A model generated the notes under the pieces. It ran no database searches. It saw nothing but the letters and a program-made list of their open reading frames with translations, and had not been told where the DNA came from. A stretch of 61,210 nt of DNA, counting the filler, from Jimgerdemannia flammicorona (Eukaryota), in assembly GCA_003990765.1 (NCBI GenBank). It is 3 parts of 3 records of this genome, joined end to end, with 100 filler letters (N's around TTAATTAATTAA, not from the genome) between each part and the next. Parts side by side here need not be neighbours in the genome. Positions count along the whole stretch, not along the records: positions 1 to 20,344 come from RBNJ01001705.1; positions 20,445 to 40,779 come from RBNJ01001706.1; 1 more part is not named here. One strand, given 5' to 3'. Positions 14,335 through 25,052 of this stretch are shown one piece after another; within the stretch, counting starts at the first letter, position 1; every line of letters starts with the position of its first letter. The translations under genes were made by a program, and so were the position numbers.

Positions 14335-14715
14335 TTATATATTATTAATATAATAAAGTCTATTAAGATATTTTTATTAAGTATAAAGAATACTCTCTGA
14401 TATTTTTATATCTAAATTACTTCTTTTTAAAAGAGTCCTATTTTGTAATACTGATAGTAATATAAACTTAATATCCTTTCTTTTTTCTCAAATAGTCTAA
14501 ATATTTATTATATAAAATAGATCTAGAAATAAATTTAATGTTAATTGTAAAGAATATCTACTATGTATATGAGATTTGTATTGACAAAAGTTAAGAATAA
14601 TTGTAATCCAATAAATATTTTCAAAAATATTACTTTTAATAATAGTATAATATTATCTTTTTGAAAGTTATCAGTATATACTTCTGAGTCTATTTTTAGA
14701 AATATAATATATAAA
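14335..14715 (-). pseudogene. Zn2Cys6-like family copy E (3' half), extremely hypermutated
   Basis: TATTTGTTTGAGATCTAG, TTTTGTAATACTGATAGTA and TTTTGAAAGTTATCAGTATA correspond to family motifs TTTTGTGGTGCCGATGGTA and TTTTGGAAGTTGCCAGTGTA. Confidence 0.65.
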
Positions 14716-14724
14716 ACAATAAAA

Positions 14725-14933
14725 ATATATCCAAATTTAATGATCTTCAACTTATTAGATTTATTATATATAGGAGAATATAACTAACTAAAGATTATTA
14801 AATTTAGTTATATATTCATCAAGTTATTATATTTGAAAAATAGAATTCAAATTAAATTTTAAATTGAATTAGCCTTTGATTCAATTTGAATCAAATTGAA
14901 TTGAACCTTTAATTTAATTTATTAGAAGTACTA
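14725..14933. mobile_element. hAT/MITE terminal remnant (second copy at 44763-44971)
   Basis: About 200 bp similar to 44763-44971. Both end ...AATTTATT(AGA/GAG)AGTACTA, the reverse complement of a TAGTACT TIR. Confidence 0.55.
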
Positions 14934-15215
14934 GATATATCTAATAAGTATAGTATATCTGATAAATATAGGTATATCTTTAAGATAAAATTAATAAATC
15001 TGATTTGGTACCTTATTAATTATAAGTAGTAGTATATATAAATAACTAGGTATGAGTAACTATACTATGCTAAGAATTCATATTATTTAGTTATACTATA
15101 TTATTTACTTATTATAATATATAAAATAAAAAAGCATATTTTACTAAATTGATTAATAATAAGTAAGATTAGTAGTTAGTAGTAAAGGCTATTTTTTGAG
15201 ATCTAGGACTGACTT

Positions 15216-17223
15216 TATTAAGATGATAACTTGATATATATGTAGATATATAACTTTATACTATATACTATTTTAATAGTTTTATGTTATTTATCAGTAA
15301 TATGTGAAATATATAACTTACACAATTTGAATAAACTGCTTTTTCTATTAGTCATAATGAGATTATGAGCCCTGACTTATAATAAAGATTATGAGTCCTG
15401 GTTAGCAGCTAAAAACTTCTCTAATATATGTATATACTATATTATAAGATATATAAGTATACCAAGTATAAGTGCTCAGTAATACAAAATAAAGTTCTAT
15501 TATAAGTACAGATAAATATGATCATTACTAGCTGAGGTGGTGAAGAAGTCTGCCAAGATAGCAATATTGAAGTTCTCTGTGATAACAAAAGGTAATTATA
15601 AAAAAATATCTACTAGTACTCTAAATGGATCAGTATGATTCAAATCTAATTTGAATAGAACAGATTTGAATCTGATTCAAATCCAGTCATATGGAATTCG
15701 AATTAGATTCAAATTAATTTAAATCAGATTTAAATCAATTCAAATTAGATTCTATTTTGGAAAAAATAAAAATTAACCAAAACAATCAATATAAATCGCC
15801 TAATATCTCTATAAATATTTATCTAAATTCAATATAACAATATGAGCTGTATTTAAATAATTAAGAGCTTTTGAGAAATATACAGTTTATTTAATTTGGA
15901 CCAGTATTTATAGAGAAAATCAATATAAACCATTGTAGTATATGGCCTAACTATATATGACCTATGGATATTTTGTTAATTTTTTCTATAAATACTGGTC
16001 CAAATTTAATGAAATTTATATTAAATATAGCATACTTTGTTTATAAATTTGGATGAATATTTGAAGATATTGTGCTTTTTGTCTAGGATTTATATGATAT
16101 AAATGTAGTGATTTCAAATTTGGCAATTTGAATTGATCATATGATGATATAAATTGACTCATTTAGAGCACTAATGTCTGCTCAGATGTTAGAGGCAAGT
16201 ATGATAATAAAGATCTCCCAGATAATAAATGATGTCCTCTCTAGTGTTCAAGGTAATTACAAAGTCCTCCCCAGTGTTTGAAGCAATTATGAAGCCCTCT
16301 CAAGTGATTGAGGTAATTACAACAGGTTCTCTCTAGTGGTAGAGATGATTATAACAAAGATATCTACTCAGATAGTTGTGACAATTATAACAATAAGGAT
16401 GCCAGACAATAAGATTGATGAAGTCAGTATATGTATATGAGGTCAGTAACAAGATCAATATGGACAAACCTGAACCCAAGCCCAGTATAGAAAATATTTT
16501 TCGACTAGTGACAAATGAAAAGTCTTTAACCAGGTCTACCAACTACTGAAAGGACAATAACTATTACTACTAAAAGGGCAAAAATCTCTAAAATAACAAC
16601 TGATAAGAGAGTAACTACTAAAGATACTATAGAATAGCAATGATAGCAAATTAAGCAAGAGTGATATATAGTTATCTAGCTTCTTTTAATGCTAACTAGT
16701 GATCTCAATAAACAGTTACTTAGAATATATCTTCTATAAGCAGTTATATAGATAATACAATATATCAGTATTTGACAAAGTTGAGAAGTTGATCATAAGA
16801 CTTTTCAGACTATTAAAAGTCTTATATTGCATATACATTTCACATCTGCATTATATATTGGTTACATCTCTTATCTATGAGCAGATATTTCAGAACATAA
16901 TTTGAACTATAAAAAATTCCATATATATAGGATTTTATAGTTGTATTTGAGTTATATGTAGTTCTAGTTTTTGCATGTATTATGCATCACTTTTTTATTC
17001 TAGATTGCATTCCATTTTTTTGGGGTACAGTTGGTATTCTTTTTTTTTTTGGTTACATATCTCGTTGAGCAGGAGTGTTGGGAATATGTAGGCACGTGAC
17101 TTTACGCCATTCCAACAGTTTTACGTCATTCATCAGTAACACGTGAAATACCTGACTTACACAATTTGAATAAACTGCTTCTTCTGTTCGTCACAACAAG
17201 GTTATGAGCCCCGACCTACAACA
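15216..17223 (+). mobile_element. Non-autonomous Ty1/Copia-type element with short LTRs, inserted in the 3' end of family copy G
   Basis: LTRs 15216-15384 and 17076-17223 (TGTTG...CAACA). 5-bp TSD GACTT at 15211-15215 and 17224-17228. PBS-like AAGATTATGAGTCC (Copia/Ty5 GGTTATGAGCCC type) after the 5' LTR. PPT TTGAGCAGGAG before the 3' LTR. Confidence 0.85.
15614..16173. mobile_element. hAT-type MITE nested in the Copia derivative
   Basis: TIR TAGTACTCTAAATG / CATTTAGAGCACTA. 8-bp TSD ATATCTAC / ATGTCTGC (two G/A differences). Confidence 0.8.
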
Positions 17224-17788
17224 GACTTGCACATTGGCGACATGAGAAAACCTATCAAGGTGTTTACATCGAGTGTAGGGCACTCCGTGACATCCTATCT
17301 TATCTTTTTTTGCATCCAAAGCACCTCATTCCCGAGGGTTCGGTTTTGTGGTGCCGATGGTTGCGTGAGATCGACATCTCCTCTTCCCGTGTCGGTTCGG
17401 GGCAGAGGACAGTGATGAGTGTGGGGCGCTGATAGTGGCGGCGGCGCTGGGCAGATGGACGACGGAGTGGCGGCAGGTCTGCTCGCGCAAGAAAGCATGG
17501 TCGTCATTGGTTTATTTGCTCAAGCGGACGCGGGCGCCCAGGGTTTAGCTGACGCAGAAAACTGTTTTGGCGAGACGGTCCGTGGCGTACCGGAACAGTT
17601 CCAACAAATCCTCGTAGATGAGGACGCCATCCATGCGCAGCTGGAAGACTACGTATTCCCGATTGGCGAGCGTGGGGGAGTCGAATTTTTGCCAGACCGT
17701 GTCATTGAGGTTCGGCGGTAGCGGGGAGGCATGTGGTCGGAGGTGGAGGGGTAGAGGTGGAGGGGCGGTGGGAGGTTGAAGGATTCAT
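17224..17788 (-). pseudogene. Zn2Cys6-like family copy G with large internal deletion
   Basis: ATG at 17788 and N-terminal domain, then a jump near 17390 directly into the C-terminal Cys region. Its 3' flank continues at 15130-15215 beyond the Copia insertion. Confidence 0.8.
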
Positions 17789-18434
17789 GGTTGCAGAGGG
17801 GTGGTGTTCAGCTTAGGGCACGGGGTGCTTCGGAAGAAAGGGGGATTGGGAGAGCACAAGGACACGCTCCGTGAAACGTGAATGGGGAGCAGTGAGAGAA
17901 CGTTCTTGATCGAAAAAGAAGACTTCAAACCTGGGCTACCGAATTTTGGGTTTGTGGCATGCGTGGCGGAACGGTGACTGGCTCAAAACTATGAACGCGT
18001 GCCACTTCTGAACTGTCAACGTGCTCCCGTTATTGAACTAAAGATGGACCATACCCCTTGTGTATTTACAACCTGGAACCAATGCTTATGTTTGATGATT
18101 TCAATATATAGTCTGATATATTTGCAATCAAATTGGCCTACGTCGTTTGTAACCGAACGTGTGTACAATGTTGCGGATTGTTCGTTGGTTGAATTGAATC
18201 GAGTCACGTTCAACCCGTCGCCTGGGTGCCATTGGAAATGCACTTTGCTCACATATATTTATTTTCTTCTTTCAATTTGCAAACTATTCAACTAAAGTTT
18301 TGAAATAATTGTATATGTATCATACACATAAAAGATATGTGCAAATAAAAAAGCTTTATTTTGCTGAATCAATCAACGCCAAAACAGGTCGGCAGAAGTT
18401 GACAGCGAATATTTGTTTGAGACCTAGGACCAAC

Positions 18435-19661
18435 TTACACATTGTCAACATGGCAAATACTACCAAGGTGTATACATCGAGTGCAAGGTATTCTGTGACA
18501 CCCTTTCTTGTCCTTTTTGCATCCAAAGCACCTCATTCCCGGAGGGTTCCGTTTTGTGGTGTCGATGTTAGCGTGAACGCGACATCGGTTCTTCCGTCTA
18601 AAACAACCTGGACAACTCTTGTATGGAATAAGCCCGGAAACAATAGTGGCACCGGTGGCGGTGGGCGACTGTTGGGCGACATTCGCGCTGAAAGGAGATA
18701 GGGATGATGGTGGACTGGCAAATGTCGGTTGAAAAATCGGTCCTGTCCCCGATGTGGCATCGCCTTTTTGAAAGTTACCAGCGTACGCTTCGGAGTTGAA
18801 GTAAAATGGCACGGCATGAGGGTTATCTATGCCCAAAATGGACAGGGAGGTCGGCGTTGGTTGCTGCAGGGTCGGTGGCTTGGTGTGCGGGAAGTGCGTT
18901 GATGACGAAGAGGACGACTGTGCGCCGGCCGAGTAGTGGTGATTCGTGAAGGAGAGCTGCGGCGTCATGAGGAGAGAGGTCGGCGTCGTAGTCTTGCTCG
19001 AGTTCGAAGTTGATGTGGTCGATGTGGTCGATGGGATAATCGATGGAGGCGAGAGAGTGTTTCCGGTTTTGTCCAAAGGGAGCGACGGGGACGGGGTACG
19101 GCTTCCGGGGATGGAATCCGGAGAAGTCCGGTAGGGGACCGTGAGAAATTGGCACGGGAACTCATGGGATGCGTCCTTTGGAGCGATTGGTTGGCCGGAT
19201 GGGGCGCACGTCGAGTTCGGATGAGCAGTCGGGAGGCTACTAGATCCGCTCGTGTGGCCGGATGAGAAGCAGTGCCGGTTTGGGGGAGATGACGGTGAAG
19301 AGTGTGGGGCACTGATAGTGGCGACGACGCTGGCCGGAAGGACGGCGGTGTAGCGGCCGGTCGGCTCGCGAAAGAGAACACAGTTCTCATTGGTTTGTTT
19401 GCTGAAGTGGACGTGGTCACGCAATGTGGAATAGAAACGGGGAGGAGGCTGCTTCTTGAGCAGGCGATTGGCGGACACGAACAGTTCCAACAAATTTTTG
19501 TCGTTGAAGATGTCCTCCGGGCGCAGCTGGATGACCGTGTATTCCTGATTGGCGAGCGTTGGAGAATCGGGTGTTTGCCAGACCGTGTCATTGAGGTTCG
19601 GCCTTGGCGGGGGAGGCAGGTGGTCAGAGGTGGAGGAGTGGAAGGTGGTTGAAGGGTTCAT
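18435..19661 (-). CDS. Putative transcription factor: unknown N-terminal domain, S/T/P-rich linker, C-terminal CX2CX6CX2H + Zn(II)2Cys6-like cluster (copy H, intact)
   Basis: Uninterrupted 408-aa ORF ending CPGCFRRKNRCRVH...CFGCKKDKKGCHRIPCTRCIHLGSIC (CX2CX6CX4CX2CX6C). CpG-rich. A possible terminal intron follows (GTAAGT overlapping the stop). Confidence 0.75.
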   Translation of the reverse strand: MNPSTTFHSSTSDHLPPPPRPNLNDTVWQTPDSPTLANQEYTVIQLRPEDIFNDKNLLELFVSANRLLKKQPPPRFYSTLRDHVHFSKQTNENCVLFREPTGRYTAVLPASVVATISAPHSSPSSPPNRHCFSSGHTSGSSSLPTAHPNSTCAPSGQPIAPKDASHEFPCQFLTVPYRTSPDSIPGSRTPSPSLPLDKTGNTLSPPSIIPSTTSTTSTSNSSKTTTPTSLLMTPQLSFTNHHYSAGAQSSSSSSTHFPHTKPPTLQQPTPTSLSILGIDNPHAVPFYFNSEAYAGNFQKGDATSGTGPIFQPTFASPPSSLSPFSANVAQQSPTATGATIVSGLIPYKSCPGCFRRKNRCRVHANIDTTKRNPPGMRCFGCKKDKKGCHRIPCTRCIHLGSICHVDNV

Positions 19662-20344
19662 GGTTTAAGAGGGGGGATTGTTTCAGCTTAGGGCACGGGG
19701 TGTTCGTAAGAAACGGTGATTTGGAGAGGGCAAGGAAGCGTTTGATTTTAAGAGAGCAGAGAGAGAACGGTCTCGGGGGCCGGAGAAACATTTTACGTCT
19801 GTCAAATTCACGTGACTACCAATAGTATCGCATGAAAAGCGCTAAAGTAGGAATAGCAATAGGTTTAACGAGTCACGGCTGTGTAACCTTTTTTCTCCCC
19901 AAATGTATTATTGTTCTTCTTCTGTCGCTTTGCTGCAATTCTGCAATTAGCGACATCTCGTTTTCGCACCTCCCTGTTTACTGTATTATATCTAGCGGGT
20001 TCGCTTATGCCGAACTGACCATTCGCCACGCAATGTCGATATTCCGACTTGCTGCGATATTCGCCAAAATAAATCAAACATGTATACAACGTAGTTTCGA
20101 GGGGCACGAGAGTTGGATATGCTAAACCTCGTGGCAAAAGTCGTTTAAATTTTTATGAGACTTCCGCCTCTCCCCAAGTATATAACTGGGCTGTCCCTAT
20201 TATCTTAGCAATACAAAAAGTTGACTATATATATATATATATATATATACCGGGTAGAACCTTAATCTGAAGTCAATCACTTTGAGTATTATTGGTAATA
20301 AATTACCATTTGCCCTGCAAGACTGTAAGAATCTCTGCTAAAAA

Positions 20345-20444
20345 NNNNNNNNNNNNNNNNNNNNNNNNNNNNNNNNNNNNNNNNNNNNTTAATTAATTAA
20401 NNNNNNNNNNNNNNNNNNNNNNNNNNNNNNNNNNNNNNNNNNNN
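20345..20444. other. Artificial contig linker N44-TTAATTAATTAA-N44
   Basis: Exactly 100 bp with a six-frame stop linker. Confidence 0.97.
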
Positions 20445-20880
20445 CACACCCAGTCTATTACCTATTTCTACCCAAAAGTCCCCCAATACCTCACACTCCC
20501 CCAGCCAATGTTCCGGCATCTGCACAAATCCCCCATCTTGCCCTACATTGTAACACTCCTCACAATCAAATTGGCCACCATCCACCAGATGCCCAGTGCG
20601 AAAATTCAGCATGACATTTCTCCGCAGCATTCGCCACCACACCACCCAGTACTTGGGAGGAAGCCATCTCTGCACCTCAGCACTCCAAGACCAGATACCC
20701 GCCCAGTCCCACTCCTCGCCGATCCCAGCCCCCTGCCAGCCACTCAGCCTAAGATCCTGGCCAAGACCCTGCTGACACTCCACTCCATCTCCAAGATTAA
20801 ATGTTTCAATTGGAGCACCCCCCAGCAGCAGTCCATCTCATCTCCACATATCAGGTCCCCACACCCCCTCCCCCTCATTG
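20445..20880 (-). mobile_element. LINE ORF2 C-terminal fragment
   Basis: WLPPKYWVVWW...CEECYNVG...MPEHWLGECE, homologous to 40200-40460. Confidence 0.85.
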
Positions 20881-21347
20881 TTTTGCCAGTGGAAAGATAT
20901 ATATCATTATAAATATGACTAATTTTGTTGATCATTAGCAATAGTGAGTATGTTGATAAATAATATTTATCAACTCCAACAATACTTTTCAAATTTAGAG
21001 GAGTCAACTAATAAATAGTTACATATATATGAAGCAGGAATTAGATAAAGTGACATACCAATGTCTACAAGTATTGTGGAACCCCAAAGTAAAATGAATC
21101 TCGGGGTATCCAATTCTGAAATTTAACAGTATCAAATATCTGCTATCGATTTCTTTCATAGTGCCTATCTACTTGACTTATATTCTATAATAAAAATAAA
21201 TAAATAAATAAATTTATGAAAAAATATACAGCTTTACATATATCTGCTCCAGAATCATTTGCTTCAAGTATTGAACTTTTCTTCAATATTAGGAAATAAA
21301 ACATCATACACCTAGTTTTCTAAAAAAAAAAAAAAAAAAAAAACAAT

Positions 21348-21385
<38 letters not shown>

Positions 21386-22101
21386 AAGTTCTTTAAGCTC
21401 GGGTTCAATTGATAATGAGGTCAGTTTAATTAAGGCCCCACTACCCCCTACATATTGAATACAAACTGACATTGTTTTCAATGTCACTAATGGCTTGCTG
21501 AATTCTGATGGTCTCAAGATCATTGGCCCAGCATGCACACCTTGACTATATACAGATTACATGCACCATGGGGGTCCCCATCATTTTTTTCAGTTCTATC
21601 ATTGTAGCTAAACCACCTGTCAACTATCCTACCAAACTTGGATGCGTTCGACGGGCAGAGTGGGATATTCTGGCAGATAGGGGTATTGATGCAGACGTAT
21701 GCAGTCACACAGGGACACATAGTGCGCAGGCTGTGGTTCTGTTATGTGGAGGTGTTGTCATCTCCTAGAGACTGCGTTTGATACCGTTTGTAGACAATGA
21801 AATGGCCACTTGGCGAGAGTGTTTTTCCAGAAGGTGCTTTTTTTTTTTTTGGCGCCGACTGCAAGTCTCTTCATCGTCGTCCAATAATATGTCGATATCA
21901 CATTTCGGAGGAGGTTTCCCAAATATCTTTTCCCCGTCTCATGCTGAGAAATCTTCTCTGGCTTGCGGTGTTGACCAGCATCATGCCATTTTCGTTATGA
22001 TAAGCCGACATGTCCTCGTCATTTAAATTTTCTGCGGCCCCTGGTCACACGTGGATTGTGCTGCAGGAATTTCACTCTTTGTGCTACCTCCTTCTCGTCA
22101 A

Positions 22102-23230
22102 AATGCCAATCCTAACCCTCAACCGCACTGACCTCCCCGGAACCCTCGACATCAACTACAAAACTGGCCAAGAGTCAGTTGCGTGGCTTAGGGAGCAAGC
22201 CCGTGACGCCATCACTGTCCTCTCACCTGGCCTTTGTCGACTCACAGGTCGTCGACGACGATAACGGCATGCCCCCCGAATACTACACCATCAGCAAGGA
22301 GTGCTGGCTTATCTGCCCCGTCTTCGGGGAATTGGGTGATATGACGGAAATGACCGCCTCTACTAGTCGCTACTGATCCCCGAAATGGTGGAGCAGGTAA
22401 AGCGCATCATCAAAGAAATGTATGTGGTGCTGGAGGATCAGCAGCGGCTGCTATTCGCCAGGCGTCAATTAGATGAAGGACACTCGCTCTCTGACTACAA
22501 CATCTCACTGGGGAGCAGATTACATCTTGTGCTCAGACTGAGGGGCGGCGCCCAAAATTTGCCGACTTGTCTAATGAGAGCAGGCTCCGGGAGCAAGCGT
22601 GGTCCAGGTCGGCGCCCAGCTGGCGCACCGCAACCGATGGATTGAACGAGGAAGGTAGGTTATATCGTTTTCCTGTTCTCACCTCCTTTCATCTTATAGG
22701 CAAACTCCTAATCTTGCGTTTACCCTCCATCTATCCAAGGCACATACACAAACTCCGCCTGTGCCGCTCATGGACGCCGCGTTATCATCAAATGGGGCAT
22801 GCGTAACTTTGACTTTCTCTACGAATCCCACAAATGCCGCTGTCCGATATGCCGTATGCTCGTCGAGCCCATCACATGCGCCTTCAGCAATACCTGGTGG
22901 ACCTTCCGCGGACTGAAGAAGCTCGCGAACGCGCCCCCAGAGTACGTACAGGGTCCCTGGCGGCACGCCGGGATGCGTACCACGCCTTTGACGAGACTCA
23001 GAGTGGCGTCGTCGGGTGGTGAGACTTAAGATCCTTGTAAATTCACGGAATCCCGAGGGCATGTGTTCCGTGTGCTTTGAGGAATCAGGACTCCAGGGGA
23101 AGGGTGTCGGTAGTTGTAGTCATAGTTTACATCCCGCGTGCTGGAATAAGTGGAGGAATGTGCAGGGGTGGAGTTGGGGATACAGTGTCCATTGTGCCGT
23201 GAGCTGGACAAGAATAAGTGATTGTTTGGA
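22102..23230 (+). pseudogene. Ubiquitin-like domain + Cys-rich domain + RING-like gene, frameshifted
   Basis: [37 protein letters not shown], then [20 protein letters not shown], intron 22654-22739, CRCPIC..TCAFSNTWW, and CSVC..CSHSLHPACW. Several 1-bp frameshifts. Confidence 0.75.
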
Positions 23231-25052
23231 AAGCGAGGAGGGTTTGTGGATGGAGAAGGTTCGGCGGGTTTGTTGTAACAGAAAATTGCCTAGACGACAC
23301 GTCCATGGGACCTTTGGCTTCCCAGGATTCGTTTTTGGCTTCTTTTAGTTCTTGACTTCAAAATTATATCCTAGCACTTCGTAATTACTCTCTTCTTTTT
23401 TTTCTTCTTCAATTTCTATCATGTGTCCAATAAATTGTCTTTGTGACAAAATCCCAAATCTCCACTACCTTGGCGTTTTGTGCACTTTGCTGCATCGCCA
23501 AATCGATTAGCATTCCGTCTGAAGGAGCTTCTTTGCAGCCACGGTTCCGAACACCCACCCACCCCATGTGGTTACGACCTGCATTTCATCTGGGTATCTC
23601 CAATCTGTCCCGTCCTGTCCCGCTCAAGCTGCACCGCCTGAACGTTGCCACCTCTCTTCGTCGTTCCTTCGACGGGCTCAAGACCGACCCGTCATCCTCA
23701 ATGTCCGCGATTACGACACGTTGCATAAAATGCGTACGTCGCAGTCACCCGCGATGATCCCTACCATAAATTAGTGTGCCAGCGCGTGCTCGTATACGTA
23801 GACTACTGCCAGCGGAATTTGGATGCAGTCTTCTGTTGCGTTACCTATCAGCCGTGCAAATCCGGGATCTTGCTGGAACACATCTGAATTTCCGGCACAA
23901 ATTAGAAGCTGACATACGCAATAAGCGGGAACGTAGGTGCCAATCGTATATATCGGCGATGCGAGAGTTGTATAAGATGCGATAAGTCGTTTTCGTTCTG
24001 GAATTCAAGCCTGTGGTCGTTGTGGGATTTGTGAGATCATCGCTGCTTGATGGTGGGACTGAACGAAAATACCACCACTCTTTGTACACAAATAAGATAC
24101 CCCCTGGGCATCTTTCCTGGTTGGTGATTCCTCTGGAGGAGATATGTTATGGCGTACACCATTGGCAAGCCAGTTCACCCGCCAGACCGGCATTCACAGC
24201 CATCGTTCAGCATCCACATTTGGGTTCACCATTCTAATAATATATCGCCACCCTTCAACTTGTACTAATACTCCAAGATTCTGTAGAAATAAATAACAGG
24301 TTGAATACTTAGCACAAGCACCGACGTCTGCCCGCACTTCGAGGTGGTTAGGGCTCTACCTCACAATGCAGGTTCCAAGTGAGATGGAGGGTCTATCTCG
24401 ACGTAATTCTTATTGGTTTCTTGCTAAAACGTAGGTCCTCAAAGAACATTTTTACTGCTTGCCATAACATAGTTTATATATATTTAACCTCACCCTGGCA
24501 CAGGCCAATCCAAAAATAATTAAAACTGTCGATATGATATCGGAGATAATGATAATTCTTAATAATAATAATAATAATAATAATACATACTCTATAAAAT
24601 GTTTTTTATGAAACATATACATATTGAATTGTAAATTGAATTGATGGCAAATTTTTTCCCAACGATCCCCCCCCCCCTCTTCCCTCGGAACTGCCCATAT
24701 ACTATTAGCGTTTCGTTCGTGAAGCTGATTTTGGGCATCGTCAGAGGACTTATTGATATTAAAAGTCAGCGGGGCGTGGGCATATGGCGACGATATGAAG
24801 GTTCAGTTTCACAATTATTCTATCAAGATGTCCACCAAGATGCAATTGGAGTTCACTCCATCGGATGACTAAACCCTAATGTAGTGGCGGATCCAAACTC
24901 CGGAGCGAGGACGGAATTCCCAATCTGAGAGTACGACCTCAGAAGACTCAAATCTAAACGCATTCGCGGGCCGAGACACTTACAAACCTGTCGATTCCTA
25001 AACCGTCCTTGGCACCCTTTTCTCCTTTTCCAAAGGCATCGCTTCACACTCT

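Noticed and set aside
22385..22645. Canonical ubiquitin/polyubiquitin gene
   Set aside because: Far too divergent from ubiquitin and embedded in a larger multidomain reading frame.
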